This document shows, piece after piece, positions 1 through 10,100 of a DNA stretch of 64,000 nt; position 1 is the first letter of the stretch, and the number at the start of each line of letters is the position of its first letter. Location: contig JAXFGC010000006.1 in assembly GCA_034171505.1 (NCBI GenBank), positions 11,382 through 75,381 on the forward strand. The letters are read 5' to 3'. Under the pieces are notes generated by a model. That model was not told the origin of the DNA and searched no databases. It saw only the letters and a program-made list of their open reading frames with translations. A program made the position numbers and the translations under genes. This DNA is from Candidatus Enteromonas sp. Lineage in GTDB: Bacteria; Bacillota_I; Bacilli_A; RFN20; CAG-826.

Positions 1-687
1 ATGATAAGTATCAATCTTTAGGTCATTGGGGTTAATTTGGACGTCGACTTCTTCTGCTTCCGGCATCACCAAAACGGTCGCCGTGGAAGTATGGATTCGA
101 CCACTGGCCTCGGTCTTTGGAACGCGTTGGACGCGGTGGGCGCCACTTTCGAATTTGAGTTTCGAGTAGACGTTTTCGCCCTTGATCATAAAGGAAACCG
201 AAGAGTATCCGCCGGCCGCTCCCAAAGAAGCGTCAAGGAGTTGGACTTTCCATCCCTGGCGTTCCGCGTAATGGGAATACATATGAAGCAAATCCCCCGC
301 GAAGAGGTTGGCCTCATCTCCCCCGACCGCGCCACGGATTTCAACGATGATGTTTTTGCCATCATTCGGATCTTTGGGGAGCAAAATGGTTTTGAAGTCC
401 TTTTCCATCTGTTCCATTTTGTTCGTGGCTTCTTTTCGGGTTTCTTTCGCGAATTCAGCAAGTTCGGGATCGCCAGAATTCTCCATTTCAAAAGAGTCCT
501 TCACGTCGCTTTCGAGGGCCAAATATTGAACATAAAGGTCATAGGCTTCTTGGAGGGAGGCTTTTTCCTTTAATAAACGGGTGACTTTGCTTACATCCGA
601 TGCCACTTCGTCGGACGCTAAGTCTTTTTCGATTTCCTCAAAACGGACTTTTGTCGCGTTGAGGCGTTTGCGCATTGATTCTTCCAT
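1..687 (-). CDS. prfA: Peptide chain release factor 1, N-terminal 229 aa; the 3' part lies beyond the window edge
   Basis: Missing from the ORF track because it runs off the edge. My minus-strand translation from ATG 687-685 reads MEESMRKRLNATKVRFEEIEKDL...GAHRVQRVPKTEASGRIHTSTATVLVMPEAEEVDV. It has the RF1-type P-x-T tripeptide (PKT) and GRIHTS. GAGGAA lies just upstream. Confidence 0.9.
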   Translation of the reverse strand, partial: MEESMRKRLNATKVRFEEIEKDLASDEVASDVSKVTRLLKEKASLQEAYDLYVQYLALESDVKDSFEMENSGDPELAEFAKETRKEATNKMEQMEKDFKTILLPKDPNDGKNIIVEIRGAVGGDEANLFAGDLLHMYSHYAERQGWKVQLLDASLGAAGGYSSVSFMIKGENVYSKLKFESGAHRVQRVPKTEASGRIHTSTATVLVMPEAEEVDVQINPNDLKIDTYH

Positions 688-777
688 AATTCCTCACGGG
701 TCAAGCGAGATTATAGCATTTAGGGGCAAGGCTTCCTAATCTTAGATTAGAGACTAGGAAGAAAGAAACGGACTCGG

Positions 778-783
778 TATAAT
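778..783 (+). promoter_or_regulatory. Candidate -10 box (TATAAT) for dnaX
   Basis: TATAAT sits 10 nt upstream of the dnaX ATG. TAGGAA lies 17 nt further upstream as a weak -35. There is no SD between the box and the ATG. Confidence 0.35.
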
Positions 784-793
784 TTCATTTGCT

Positions 794-2617
794 ATGGCAT
801 ATAAGGCTCTCTACAACAAATATCGTCCCCAAACTTTTGACGAAGTGGCGGGACAAGGGGCGATTGTTCGCACCCTCCGAAACGCGATCAACAATGGGAA
901 AATCGCCCATGCGTATCTCTTCTGCGGACCCCGCGGAACCGGAAAAACTTCGATGGCGCGCTTATTTGCCAAAGCTTTAAATTGTGAAGAAGGCATTGGA
1001 CATCAATGCTGCCACTGCCCCAACTGCGAGCAACTCGCCTCGGGTTCCCACCCCGACGTGATTGAAATTGACGCGGCCAGCAACAACGGGGTCGATCAAG
1101 TCCGCGACCTCATCGATCAAGTCCGTTATGCCCCGATTCGAGGACGTTACAAGGTTTACATCATCGACGAAGTCCACATGATGAGCCAAGGGGCATTCAA
1201 CGCATTGCTCAAAACCTTAGAGGAACCCCCGGAACACGTCATCTTTATTCTCGCCACGACCGAGCCTCACAAAGTCCTTCCGACCATTCTCTCCCGTTGC
1301 CAACGTTACGACTTCGGCAAAATTGAAGACGGTGATTTATCCAAAAAACTGGTTTGGGTCCTCGAGCAAGAAGGCGTCGCCTACGAAGAGGCCGCCCTCC
1401 GCCAAATCGTGGAGCTTGCCGATGGCGGGATGCGCGACGCCCTTTCCATCCTCGACCAAGCCCTCGCGTATGGGGGATCGAACCTAAAAGAAGCAGACGT
1501 CCTCACTGTTTTTGGGCTTACCTCCTTAAGCGAAAAGGTCGCCTTGCTCAAAACCATCGCTTCCGGCGACATCGTATCCGTTCTTCAAAAACTCGCGGAT
1601 TTCTATGCCGCGGGCATCGATATCTGTCGCTTAACGGGATCCCTTTTGGATATCCTCAAAGACCTTCTCATCTTCGAACGCACGCGGGAAGAGAGTCTCC
1701 TCCAGGTCTTGAAGAAAGAAAGCGCCATCGACCTTTCCGAAGCGATTGACACGAAGAAGGCCAACGAGATGATCGATGTCCTCCTAAAGACCCAAAGGAA
1801 TTTCAAAAGCGTCTCCAACGTCCGTTCCCTCTTCGAACTGACCTTGCTCCAACTCGCCTCATTGTTCGAAGAAAAAGAACCTGAGCCCGTCACGACCCCT
1901 AAAGTCGAAGAAAAACCGGTTCCGACGCCCGCGCCAAAGCCAGTGGAATCGACCATAGAAGTCCCGAAAAAAGTTACGAAACCCGAACCGATCCCCGAAA
2001 CCGTTTATACTGGCACCAGCGTCCCTTCCTTCCTCGATGCCCCCGATGGACCGATGGATGAAGATTCGCCCAAGCCCGCGCCAGCTCCTGCTCCAACCCC
2101 GGCTCCCGCTCCAGCCCCCACACCAAAAGTTGAGCCTGAAGCACCTCAAATCCAAGTCACCGAACTCGATTTGTCAAAAGTATCCAGCCGACCCTTGGTC
2201 AAAGAGGGTTCCCCCATCCTCCTTCCCGATGATGAAGTCCTAAAAATCATGGTCCTTGGGCAACACTTCAAAGCCGAACGGAAACAACTCACGGAGCGTT
2301 GGGCGCTCCTCAATGACGCGGCCCTCGATCCTCGGGTGGGTGAGGTCGCTCAATTGCTTAGGGACGGTTCCCCCTTCTGTCTTTGCAAAGAGGCACTTCT
2401 GGTCTGCTACAACTTCTCTCCCCTCGCCCAAAAGGCCAACTTCCGCGAAAACAACGAAGCCATCTCCGCCCTTGCTTCCGCTTTGCTTGGCCGGCCCATC
2501 CGGGTCTTCGCCCTCGATTCCGTTTCGCGGGTGAATCACCTCAACGCCTTCTTCAATACCCAACAACTCGGACGGTTACCCCGTTTTGAAGATATCGAAT
2601 TGCATTTACCTCGATAA
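794..2617 (+). CDS. dnaX: DNA polymerase III subunit gamma/tau
   Basis: Walker A GPRGTGKTS, DEVHM box, Zn module CHCPNC, SRCQRYDF. A PAPAPAPTPAPAPAPTP linker precedes the C-terminal tau-like domain. Confidence 0.95.
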   Translation: MAYKALYNKYRPQTFDEVAGQGAIVRTLRNAINNGKIAHAYLFCGPRGTGKTSMARLFAKALNCEEGIGHQCCHCPNCEQLASGSHPDVIEIDAASNNGVDQVRDLIDQVRYAPIRGRYKVYIIDEVHMMSQGAFNALLKTLEEPPEHVIFILATTEPHKVLPTILSRCQRYDFGKIEDGDLSKKLVWVLEQEGVAYEEAALRQIVELADGGMRDALSILDQALAYGGSNLKEADVLTVFGLTSLSEKVALLKTIASGDIVSVLQKLADFYAAGIDICRLTGSLLDILKDLLIFERTREESLLQVLKKESAIDLSEAIDTKKANEMIDVLLKTQRNFKSVSNVRSLFELTLLQLASLFEEKEPEPVTTPKVEEKPVPTPAPKPVESTIEVPKKVTKPEPIPETVYTGTSVPSFLDAPDGPMDEDSPKPAPAPAPTPAPAPAPTPKVEPEAPQIQVTELDLSKVSSRPLVKEGSPILLPDDEVLKIMVLGQHFKAERKQLTERWALLNDAALDPRVGEVAQLLRDGSPFCLCKEALLVCYNFSPLAQKANFRENNEAISALASALLGRPIRVFALDSVSRVNHLNAFFNTQQLGRLPRFEDIELHLPR

Positions 2618-2632
2618 GAAAGGAAATATTCT

Positions 2633-2935
2633 ATGAATCCGATGCAACAAATGCTCCAAAATGCCCAACGCATGCAACGGGAGCTTAAGAAAGCCCAAGA
2701 CGCTTTGAACGAAAAAGAGTTCACTGTCTCCAAAGGCGGAATGGTCGACGTCGTCGCCAAAGGCGATCGCACCATCACCTCCATCCACATCGACAAAGAT
2801 GCTTTGGATGCCGATAACGCGGAGATGCTCCAAGAGACCCTTGCGATGGCCATCAATGAAGTCATGGCCCAAATCCAACAAGAATCCGATGAGATTCAGG
2901 AACGCATCACGGGTCAATCGGGCATGATGTTCTAA
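2633..2935 (+). CDS. ybaB: YbaB/EbfC family nucleoid-associated protein
   Basis: 100 aa, MQQMLQNAQRMQRELKKAQ.... It sits in the conserved dnaX-ybaB-recR position. AAAGGAAA SD. Confidence 0.9.
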   Translation: MNPMQQMLQNAQRMQRELKKAQDALNEKEFTVSKGGMVDVVAKGDRTITSIHIDKDALDADNAEMLQETLAMAINEVMAQIQQESDEIQERITGQSGMMF

Positions 2936-3528
2936 TGAAGGAACTGCCCACTTACCAAGCGTTAGTCGATAGTTTTGCCAAACTTCCGGGAGTCGGCGTC
3001 AAAAGCGCCCAACGGATGGCTTTTAGCGTACTCGAAATGAAAGAATCCGACGCAGAGGAATTCTCCAAAGCGATCGAACGCGCCAAAACCTCCGTCCATA
3101 AGTGCCCCAAATGCGGGCTCTATATGGAAGGGGACCACTGCGACTGCTGCGATGACCCAAACCGGAATCACCGCGTTTGCATCGTCGTTTCCCTCTCCAA
3201 AGACGCGCTCGCATTTGAAAACCTCAACTTCAATGGGGTGTACCACGTTTTGGGCGGACTTCTTTCTCCCTCAAAAGGCATTGGGAAGGGCGACATCGCG
3301 ATTGATGCCCTCTTGACCCGCATCCAAAGTGAAGGAATCGAGGAAGTGATATTGGCCACCAATCCGAATTTGGACGGGGAGACCACCGCGCTATACATCG
3401 CCAAACTCTTGGAGAACGAACCCGTGAAAGTCACCCGTCTTGGATATGGGTTGCCAATGGGCGCATCGCTAGAATACGCAGATGCGCTAACGCTTCAAAA
3501 AGCACTTGAAGGAAGAAAAACGTTATGA
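2935..3528 (+). CDS. recR: Recombination protein RecR
   Basis: HhH N-terminus (LPGVGVKSAQRMAF), C4 zinc finger CPKCGLYMEGDHCDCC, and a Toprim region. TAATG overlap with ybaB. Confidence 0.95.
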   Translation: MKELPTYQALVDSFAKLPGVGVKSAQRMAFSVLEMKESDAEEFSKAIERAKTSVHKCPKCGLYMEGDHCDCCDDPNRNHRVCIVVSLSKDALAFENLNFNGVYHVLGGLLSPSKGIGKGDIAIDALLTRIQSEGIEEVILATNPNLDGETTALYIAKLLENEPVKVTRLGYGLPMGASLEYADALTLQKALEGRKTL

Positions 3529-4157
3529 AGGGATTCATCACTTTTGAAGGAGGCGAAGGCTCGGGCAAAAGCACCGCACTCCGCCTGGTCGCCGAACGTT
3601 TGGAAAAAGAAGGCTATTCGGTCATCACCACCCGGGAACCCGGTGGCACCCCCATCGCCGAGCAAATCCGAAACGTGATTCTCGATAAAGGAAACACCGC
3701 GATGGACCCCCGAACCGAGGCGCTTTTGTATGCCGCGAGCCGTCGGCAACACCTCGTGGAAAAGATTTGGCCAGCCAGAAAAGAAGGAAAAATCGTCCTT
3801 TGCGATCGTTACCTTGATTCCTCCCTTGCCTACCAAGGCGGGGCGAGGGGTCTTGGCATGGATGAAGTCCTTTCCATCAATTTGTTCGCCACGGAAGGGA
3901 CCTATCCCGATTTGACCCTCCTTTTCGACATTGAGCCCGAAGAAGGTTTAGCCCGAATCGCCAAGAACGCAAACCGCGAAGTTAACCGTTTGGATTTGGA
4001 AAAGCTTTCTTTCCATCACGCGGTCCGAAGCAATTTTTTGGCCTTGGCAAAGCGTTTTCCCGAACGATACATCGTCATCGATGCTTCCCGATCCATCGAA
4101 GAAGTCACCGAAGATGCCTATCGCGCCATAATAGAAAGGGTCCAAGATGGCGATTGA
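3525..4157 (+). CDS. tmk: Thymidylate kinase
   Basis: P-loop FEGGEGSGKST, the DRY-type motif CDRYLDSSLAYQG, and an ATGA overlap with recR. Confidence 0.95.
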   Translation: MKGFITFEGGEGSGKSTALRLVAERLEKEGYSVITTREPGGTPIAEQIRNVILDKGNTAMDPRTEALLYAASRRQHLVEKIWPARKEGKIVLCDRYLDSSLAYQGGARGLGMDEVLSINLFATEGTYPDLTLLFDIEPEEGLARIAKNANREVNRLDLEKLSFHHAVRSNFLALAKRFPERYIVIDASRSIEEVTEDAYRAIIERVQDGD

Positions 4158-5124
4158 AGAATACGTCGCCAAATACCAACCCCTTGTTTTTCAGACGTTT
4201 TCGAACGCCTTGAATTCCAACCGCCTTTCGCACGCCTATTTGCTTTCGGGGGAATCGGGTGTCCCGTTGAAGGAAACCGCGATTTACCTCGCGAAATCCA
4301 TTTTATGCGACCACCCCACCCCTTTCGCCGATCTCTCTTGTCGGACTTGTCGGCGAATTGACGAGGGGCAGTATCCCGATTTCATCTTCATCGACGGAAG
4401 CGAAGGTTCCATCAAAAAAGAGGACGTCGCTTACCTGCTCTCTTCCTTCCAGCAAACCGCGATTGAGAAAAAAGGATTGCTCGTCTACGTCATCAACGAA
4501 CTTGAGAATATGACGGTCGAAGCCATCAACAGTATCCTTAAGTTCCTCGAAGAACCCCCTCCGAGCACCTTTGCGATATTGACCACTCGAAACGCATCGA
4601 AGATTCTCCCGACCATCGTCTCCCGTTGCGAAACCATCCGCATGATGCTCGTTCCCCAAGAGGAAGTGAAGAAAGAGGCCATCGCCTTGGGGGTGGATCC
4701 CCTGGACGCGGAGATTCTCTCTTTCTTCCATAACGACGCAGGGCTCGCCAAAGAATACGCGGAGGATGAAGATTACACCGCGACGAAGGAATGTTTCCTC
4801 ACTTCCCTCGAATCATTCGAAAGAGGGGAGGCGTATGCGCGTTTTGTGATGGAGAAGGACATTATCCCCATCGTCAATTCCAAGAAAAACGCGCGCTTCT
4901 TCTTTGACATGATGACCCTTGCCCTCAAGGATATCGTCCGCCTCTCCCAAGGAGGGGAAATCGCCTTGACGAGTTATTTGCCCACCCTTCAAGCCACCCT
5001 ACCCGCCTTGAAGAACCCCGATAAAGCCCTCATGTCCACGATGACATTGCGAGGGGAAATCGAGAGCAACATCCAAATCGGCTTGTTGCTCATTCACCTC
5101 ATTCACGAATTATTTCAGGAGTAA
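4147..5124 (+). CDS. holB: DNA polymerase III subunit delta prime
   Basis: SHAYLLSG in place of a Walker A, Zn-like CRTCRRI, IVSRCETI sensor motif, and the position after tmk. Confidence 0.85.
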   Translation: MAIEEYVAKYQPLVFQTFSNALNSNRLSHAYLLSGESGVPLKETAIYLAKSILCDHPTPFADLSCRTCRRIDEGQYPDFIFIDGSEGSIKKEDVAYLLSSFQQTAIEKKGLLVYVINELENMTVEAINSILKFLEEPPPSTFAILTTRNASKILPTIVSRCETIRMMLVPQEEVKKEAIALGVDPLDAEILSFFHNDAGLAKEYAEDEDYTATKECFLTSLESFERGEAYARFVMEKDIIPIVNSKKNARFFFDMMTLALKDIVRLSQGGEIALTSYLPTLQATLPALKNPDKALMSTMTLRGEIESNIQIGLLLIHLIHELFQE

Positions 5125-5129
5125 CGCCC

Positions 5130-6332
5130 ATGAACGAAACCAATACCGCCCAAGAAAAGAAAGGATATTTCATCTCCGTCCGCTTCCGCGGAGGAGAAAA
5201 GTCCTACTACTTCTATACCGACTATGCCTCCATCAAAGATGGAGACAAAGTGGTCGTCGATACCATCAATGGATACGAAGTCGCGACCGTCACCAAAGGT
5301 TCGATTCCCCTTTCGGAATTCCGTTCGGATTTGGAGCTCAAACCCATCGTTCGCATCCCCGACGCGACCGATCTCAACCGCCTCCGTTCCAACCAAGTAA
5401 TGGAAAAGAAGGCTCTCGCGATTGTCCAATCCTGCGTGGACCGGCTGAACCTTCCGATGGATTTGCTCGAAGCCATCTATTCGTTGTCCGGAGATCATTT
5501 GACGATTACCTACACCTCCGCGGAACGCCGCGTGGACTTCCGTGAACTCCTTCATCTCATCACCCCGGTTTTCCCTTGCCGAATCGAACTCCGTCAACTC
5601 GCGAACCGCGAACGCGCCAGAACCATCGGTGGGCTTGGAATCTGTGGACTTCCCCTTTGCTGCTCCACCTTCCTCTCCTCCTTCGAAGGGGTCTCCATTC
5701 AACGGGCGAAGAACCAAATGCTTACGATCAATATCCCAAAGCTCTCCGGCCCCTGCGGCAAACTCATCTGCTGCTTGCAGTATGAGGATGATGCCTACAC
5801 CGAGGCGAAAAAGGATTTCCCGATACTCGGATCAATGGTTTCCACCCCCGACGGGGAATATGTCGTCCATTCATTCAACATCCTTTCCCGCACGGTCACC
5901 CTCATTTCCAAAGATAAAGGCGACTACAAGACCTATTCCCTGGAAGATATCATCGCGATGAAACGAGGGGTCTACAAAAAGAAGGTCCAGGAACGTCCTT
6001 CCGAGGATTTGCCCGACTTTGGGATCGCGTCAAAAGACAATTCCCCCGAAGGGTCTCGCGATGGCCAACAAGGCAAAAACAAAGGCCAACACCCAAACAA
6101 CCAGCCCAAAGGAAAAGGCCAAAACAATCCTCAAAAGAAGCACCATAACCATCCCCAAGGCAAGCCCCAGCAAAACCAGGGGAAACCGCAGCAACAGCAA
6201 AATCAGGGCAAGCAACCGCAGCAGCAAAACCAGGGGAAACCCCAACAAAATAACCGCCCGAAGCATCATCACCATCGCCCCAACAACCGCCCGAAGCCCA
6301 ATAATGAATCCAATCAAGGAGCGAAGAAATGA
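5130..6332 (+). CDS. yaaT: PSP1/YaaT (RicT) family protein with a ~95-aa Q/N/K/P/H-rich C-terminal tail
   Basis: PSP1 core with Cys clusters GLGICGLPLCCSTF and GPCGKLICCLQYED, in the conserved position after holB. The tail carries repeats of the type QNQGKPQQ and stretches such as KHHHHRPNNRPKP. Confidence 0.9.
   Translation: MNETNTAQEKKGYFISVRFRGGEKSYYFYTDYASIKDGDKVVVDTINGYEVATVTKGSIPLSEFRSDLELKPIVRIPDATDLNRLRSNQVMEKKALAIVQSCVDRLNLPMDLLEAIYSLSGDHLTITYTSAERRVDFRELLHLITPVFPCRIELRQLANRERARTIGGLGICGLPLCCSTFLSSFEGVSIQRAKNQMLTINIPKLSGPCGKLICCLQYEDDAYTEAKKDFPILGSMVSTPDGEYVVHSFNILSRTVTLISKDKGDYKTYSLEDIIAMKRGVYKKKVQERPSEDLPDFGIASKDNSPEGSRDGQQGKNKGQHPNNQPKGKGQNNPQKKHHNHPQGKPQQNQGKPQQQQNQGKQPQQQNQGKPQQNNRPKHHHHRPNNRPKPNNESNQGAKK
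6168..6297 (+). repeat. Short in-frame direct repeats that encode the low-complexity YaaT tail
   Basis: The exact 20-mer cagcaaaaccaggggaaacc occurs at 6168-6187 and 6222-6241 (54 nt apart). The exact 13-mer aaccgcccgaagc occurs at 6252-6264 and 6285-6297 (33 nt apart). Confidence 0.8.
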
Positions 6333-7183
6333 AGCGAGAGCTCAATTTCGAAGGACCTTCCCCGCTTCTTTATTTGATCGCCACTCCGATCGGCAACCGA
6401 AAAGAGGTTTCCCCTCGAGCCGTCGAAGTGCTTTCGGACGCGGATTTTTTGGCCGCGGAAGATACGAGGAATTCCGGCTCTTTGATGGCGAGCCTCGGCA
6501 TCTCCAAACCCTTTATTTCCTGCCACGAGCACAACGAGGAAGCCGCGAGTGACCGCATCGTCTCATTGCTAAAAGAAGGGAAGAAGGTCTGTTACATGTC
6601 CGACGCGGGCTATCCCACCTTGAGCGATCCGGGAACGCGTCTGGTCTCCAAGTGCCTTGATAACGGCATCAAAGTATCCGTCGTCTCCGGCCCAAGCGCC
6701 GCGATCAACGCCTTGGCCTGTTCCGGTCTAGACTCCTCCCATTTCTACTTCGAAGGATTTTTGCCTCCCAAGGAAAGTGAACGGAACGCCGAACTCACCG
6801 AACTTGCCAAGCGGAAAGAAACCCTCATCTTTTACGAAGCGCCCCACCGCATCGTCAAAACCCTAATCGCGATGGCGGCGATTCTCGGGGATCGAAAAGC
6901 GGTCCTCGCCCGGGAACTCACCAAATCCCACGAAGAATTCATCCGTGGCACCTTAAGCGAAATCGCCCTGGAAGAGGAATCTTCCTTACGCGGGGAAATG
7001 GTTCTCGTTGTCGAAGGCAACCATGAAATCGATGAGGTCACCGACAACACGATTCTCTTGGCCTTAAAAGATGAACTCGATTGGGGGAGAAGCGGCAAAG
7101 AAGCCGTCAAAAACGTGGCATCCGCGTTAAAGGTCGCCAAGAACCGCGTCTACGATCTTTATCTCTCCAGTTTTCAAAAATAA
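6329..7183 (+). CDS. rsmI: 16S rRNA (cytidine1402-2'-O)-methyltransferase
   Basis: Tetrapyrrole-methylase fold signatures LYLIATPIGN and AEDTRNSG, an ATGA overlap with yaaT, and conserved synteny. Confidence 0.9.
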   Translation: MKRELNFEGPSPLLYLIATPIGNRKEVSPRAVEVLSDADFLAAEDTRNSGSLMASLGISKPFISCHEHNEEAASDRIVSLLKEGKKVCYMSDAGYPTLSDPGTRLVSKCLDNGIKVSVVSGPSAAINALACSGLDSSHFYFEGFLPPKESERNAELTELAKRKETLIFYEAPHRIVKTLIAMAAILGDRKAVLARELTKSHEEFIRGTLSEIALEEESSLRGEMVLVVEGNHEIDEVTDNTILLALKDELDWGRSGKEAVKNVASALKVAKNRVYDLYLSSFQK

Positions 7184-7198
7184 GCGAGAACGGTACCC

Positions 7199-10100
7199 TT
7201 AATTGGCAGAATCCGTTGGAACTTCAAGCGCAGCAATGCGCTTTTTTTCTTCGTGAATCGAAAGGCCAAGACGAACGCCCGCATACCCAAGAACAAGAAG
7301 CATGCCAACCACCCATAAAGCGGAGGAGAAGTTGCTATATGGAGTCGAGTAACGGAGTTCGTAACGAAGCATCAAAGGATTGCCATCTTCGTCCAAAGCG
7401 TGAGGTGCGACAAATCCCACCAATCCCCCATTGAGTTTGAGCATTTGGCACTTTTTCTTTTCTCCGTTTGGCAAAGTCGCGGTGGCCTGCCATCCGGGAT
7501 CATAACCAATACAGGTAGTCACCAAACGATCCTCATCGTAAGCGGTATCGAAGGTGAACACGTTCGTATCGTAAGAAACGTTTTGAAGCTTATCCTGCTG
7601 AATGATGTCTTGCTTGGCACGCCAAGAAGAATAGGGGACCGCACGCAAATAGAGATCCCGGGGGTTGAATTGAATGGTGGGGTAACGCGAATTGCCGGGG
7701 TAGCAGAAGACAATTGCTTTCGCGCGTCCCTTTGCGTATAACCCGAAACTCGCGCGCGAATATCCATAATATGCGTGCCCGCTGTCCACCTTTCGGGCTC
7801 CATCGAACATGTTGTATTCGAAGCAAAGGACGTCATTTTCTTTCTTCAAGGTTCCATCTTCGTTATAGGAATCTCCAATCACGTAGACACGGGGGACCGC
7901 GTTGTAATAGTCCGAAACATTCGAAGAGGAGTAACAGGAATTGTAGAAGAACATATCAAAGTAGGTGCCTTTTTTATCTCCGTTGAAGTATTCGCCCGTT
8001 TCCGGAGTGAAGGCGACCATTCCTTTATCACGAAGAATCGTGGTTCGGTTTGTGATTTGGTCTTTGTCTTCGTAATGATTGAGGAAAAAGCCTAGGCCCT
8101 CTTCGTAATAAGAGGCATTGACGTTTGGAACCATGAGGTCCCCATCGCTGACGGTGTAATAATCCGCACGAAGACGGAGGGAGGAACCCGTGTTGTAGAT
8201 TTCACTGCTAGGCAAAATATCCGGAATTTCTTCTTTGACCGCGAAGTTTTCGGGGAGTTCTTCCCCTTCCTTGACGATCGCTCCTTCGGTGATGACATCA
8301 CCAAAACGGAGAAGTTCCCGGAACCCCCGTTCTCCCCCGCGCAAGGAAGTGAAGTTGGTCGCGTCACTGGTTTCGGACGTGTGGACAAGGGAATAAATTT
8401 GGTTCGAATCCACCGCGTAACCGAGTTGTGGGCGGGCGGTGTCAGGGACACGGTAAAGGCGCGAACGATTGGGGTCGGAGGTAGCTCCCACGACTTCTTC
8501 CGCTTCAAACGGGACGTTCGGAGTCGGAAACAGGGACGACCCATCCGCGAGTTTCCAAGCCGAATAGGAGTTGGAGACCTGGTAATAACGATACCCTAAC
8601 GCGGAGTCGGTCCCTTCGCGTTTATTCGCGTAATAACCACTCCAAGAGGCGTTTTTGATTCCGCTCGTGCCGTAAGCTTCGCCCAAGGTGCTGCTTCCGG
8701 ATTTCATTTGGTTGGCGACCGCGAATTCCTCGACGTCAAAATTCATCAACGAATGGAATTCCGCGGAGGCGTTGAGCCCACCGACACGGTGAGAGTATTT
8801 ATTGCCAACGCAGTAATCGGCGTACGTACGGGCGTAAGGGGCTTCCGAGGAATCGATCGCCTCCGCAATCAAGGTGATGTTTTCACGGTTGCTTGCTCCT
8901 CCCGCAAAAGAATATTGATAACTCCAAAGGCCATCGTAGGCATAAGCCAAATTGCCCATGACGATGGCTTCCACCGCGACGGAAGCAAGGAAAGTCTTTG
9001 GCAACCACTTCTTCCTTTGACCGGCGATGAGCAAGACCGAATCAATTCCGACAAGCGCCAACTGATAATAGAAATACCACGCAGAAGCGATGTTATTGTT
9101 GTAAATTTCGGATGCGGTGACGTAACTCGATTGCCAATATGTGAGGTTATTGGGGTTGTATGGATCCCGCGGGAAAGAGACCCCGTTTAGTAAATGTTCG
9201 GTGAGATAGAATGTGATGACGGTTCCCGCGATGGCGAGGACCCCTGCCAAAACGGGCATGTATTTCGGGGCTTCTTGCCGCTGATCAAATCCCCAGGCAC
9301 AGTAATAGGTGATGAGGGGGATCAAAACGATGAACCAGCGTCCGTAACCATTCCCCGTAAAGGCGTAGAAAAAGAAATACGAGAAGTTGGTGAATACGGC
9401 ATAGACGCAGAGTAATACCGCCACCAAGTGAAGACCCTTTCTTTGACGGATGGACTCAAGCAACGCCATGAAGAACAAAATGACGCAAGGGGTATAGCAA
9501 AACAAAGAACTCGTCCAAGCGTCGTATCCGCTTCGAGCAAGAGGCAAGGCAATATGGCCCGCGGTCGGGAAAAAGAACGAGAGCATCCCCATGAGTTCGC
9601 GTCCAGGATGATCGCCAACCATTTCAAAAATGAGGCTGAAACAATGACGGAAATCCATCTCTTTGAACGCCCCAATTACGGCATTCAGATACGCACTGCC
9701 AATCGAGGATCCGCGTCCGGAAAGGGAAGATTCGCGAACCGAAGGAAGCAAAGAGAAGGCCGAAAGCAGGATGCCAACCGCGAAGGCGGCCACCCCCATC
9801 GCTATCACCGCCCCGTTTTCCTTCGCGGTTCGCTGATTCAACGTTGTGAAATAACGCCATAAGGCGTAAATCACTCCAAAAATACAAGCGACCACCAAAA
9901 AGAAGAAGGAACTAATGCCTTCGAGAAATACCCCAAGAACCAAAACCAAGGGTTTCCGTTCCTTGATGACCCGTTCAATTCCCCAAAGAATCATGGGGAT
10001 GTATATGGCCGCGCTTAAGAAACTTGGGAATCCAACAAAGAAGGATACGTATCCCGAAAGCGCGGCGGCAAGCGCGGCGAACCGAGCCGTCCATTCTTTA

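Noticed and set aside
37-573. A 178-aa plus-strand ORF, plus overlapping small ORFs, at the window start.
   Set aside because: It is the antisense shadow of prfA. The minus strand translates into an unmistakable RF1 N-terminal domain, while the plus-strand product is low-complexity and motif-free.
1961-1975. A possible programmed frameshift or slippage site in dnaX (ccg aaa aaa gtt) that could produce a short gamma subunit.
   Set aside because: The A6 run is in frame as AAA AAA, so it does not form an X XXY YYZ heptamer in the zero frame. The -1 frame does not reach a stop codon soon afterwards, and no downstream hairpin is evident.
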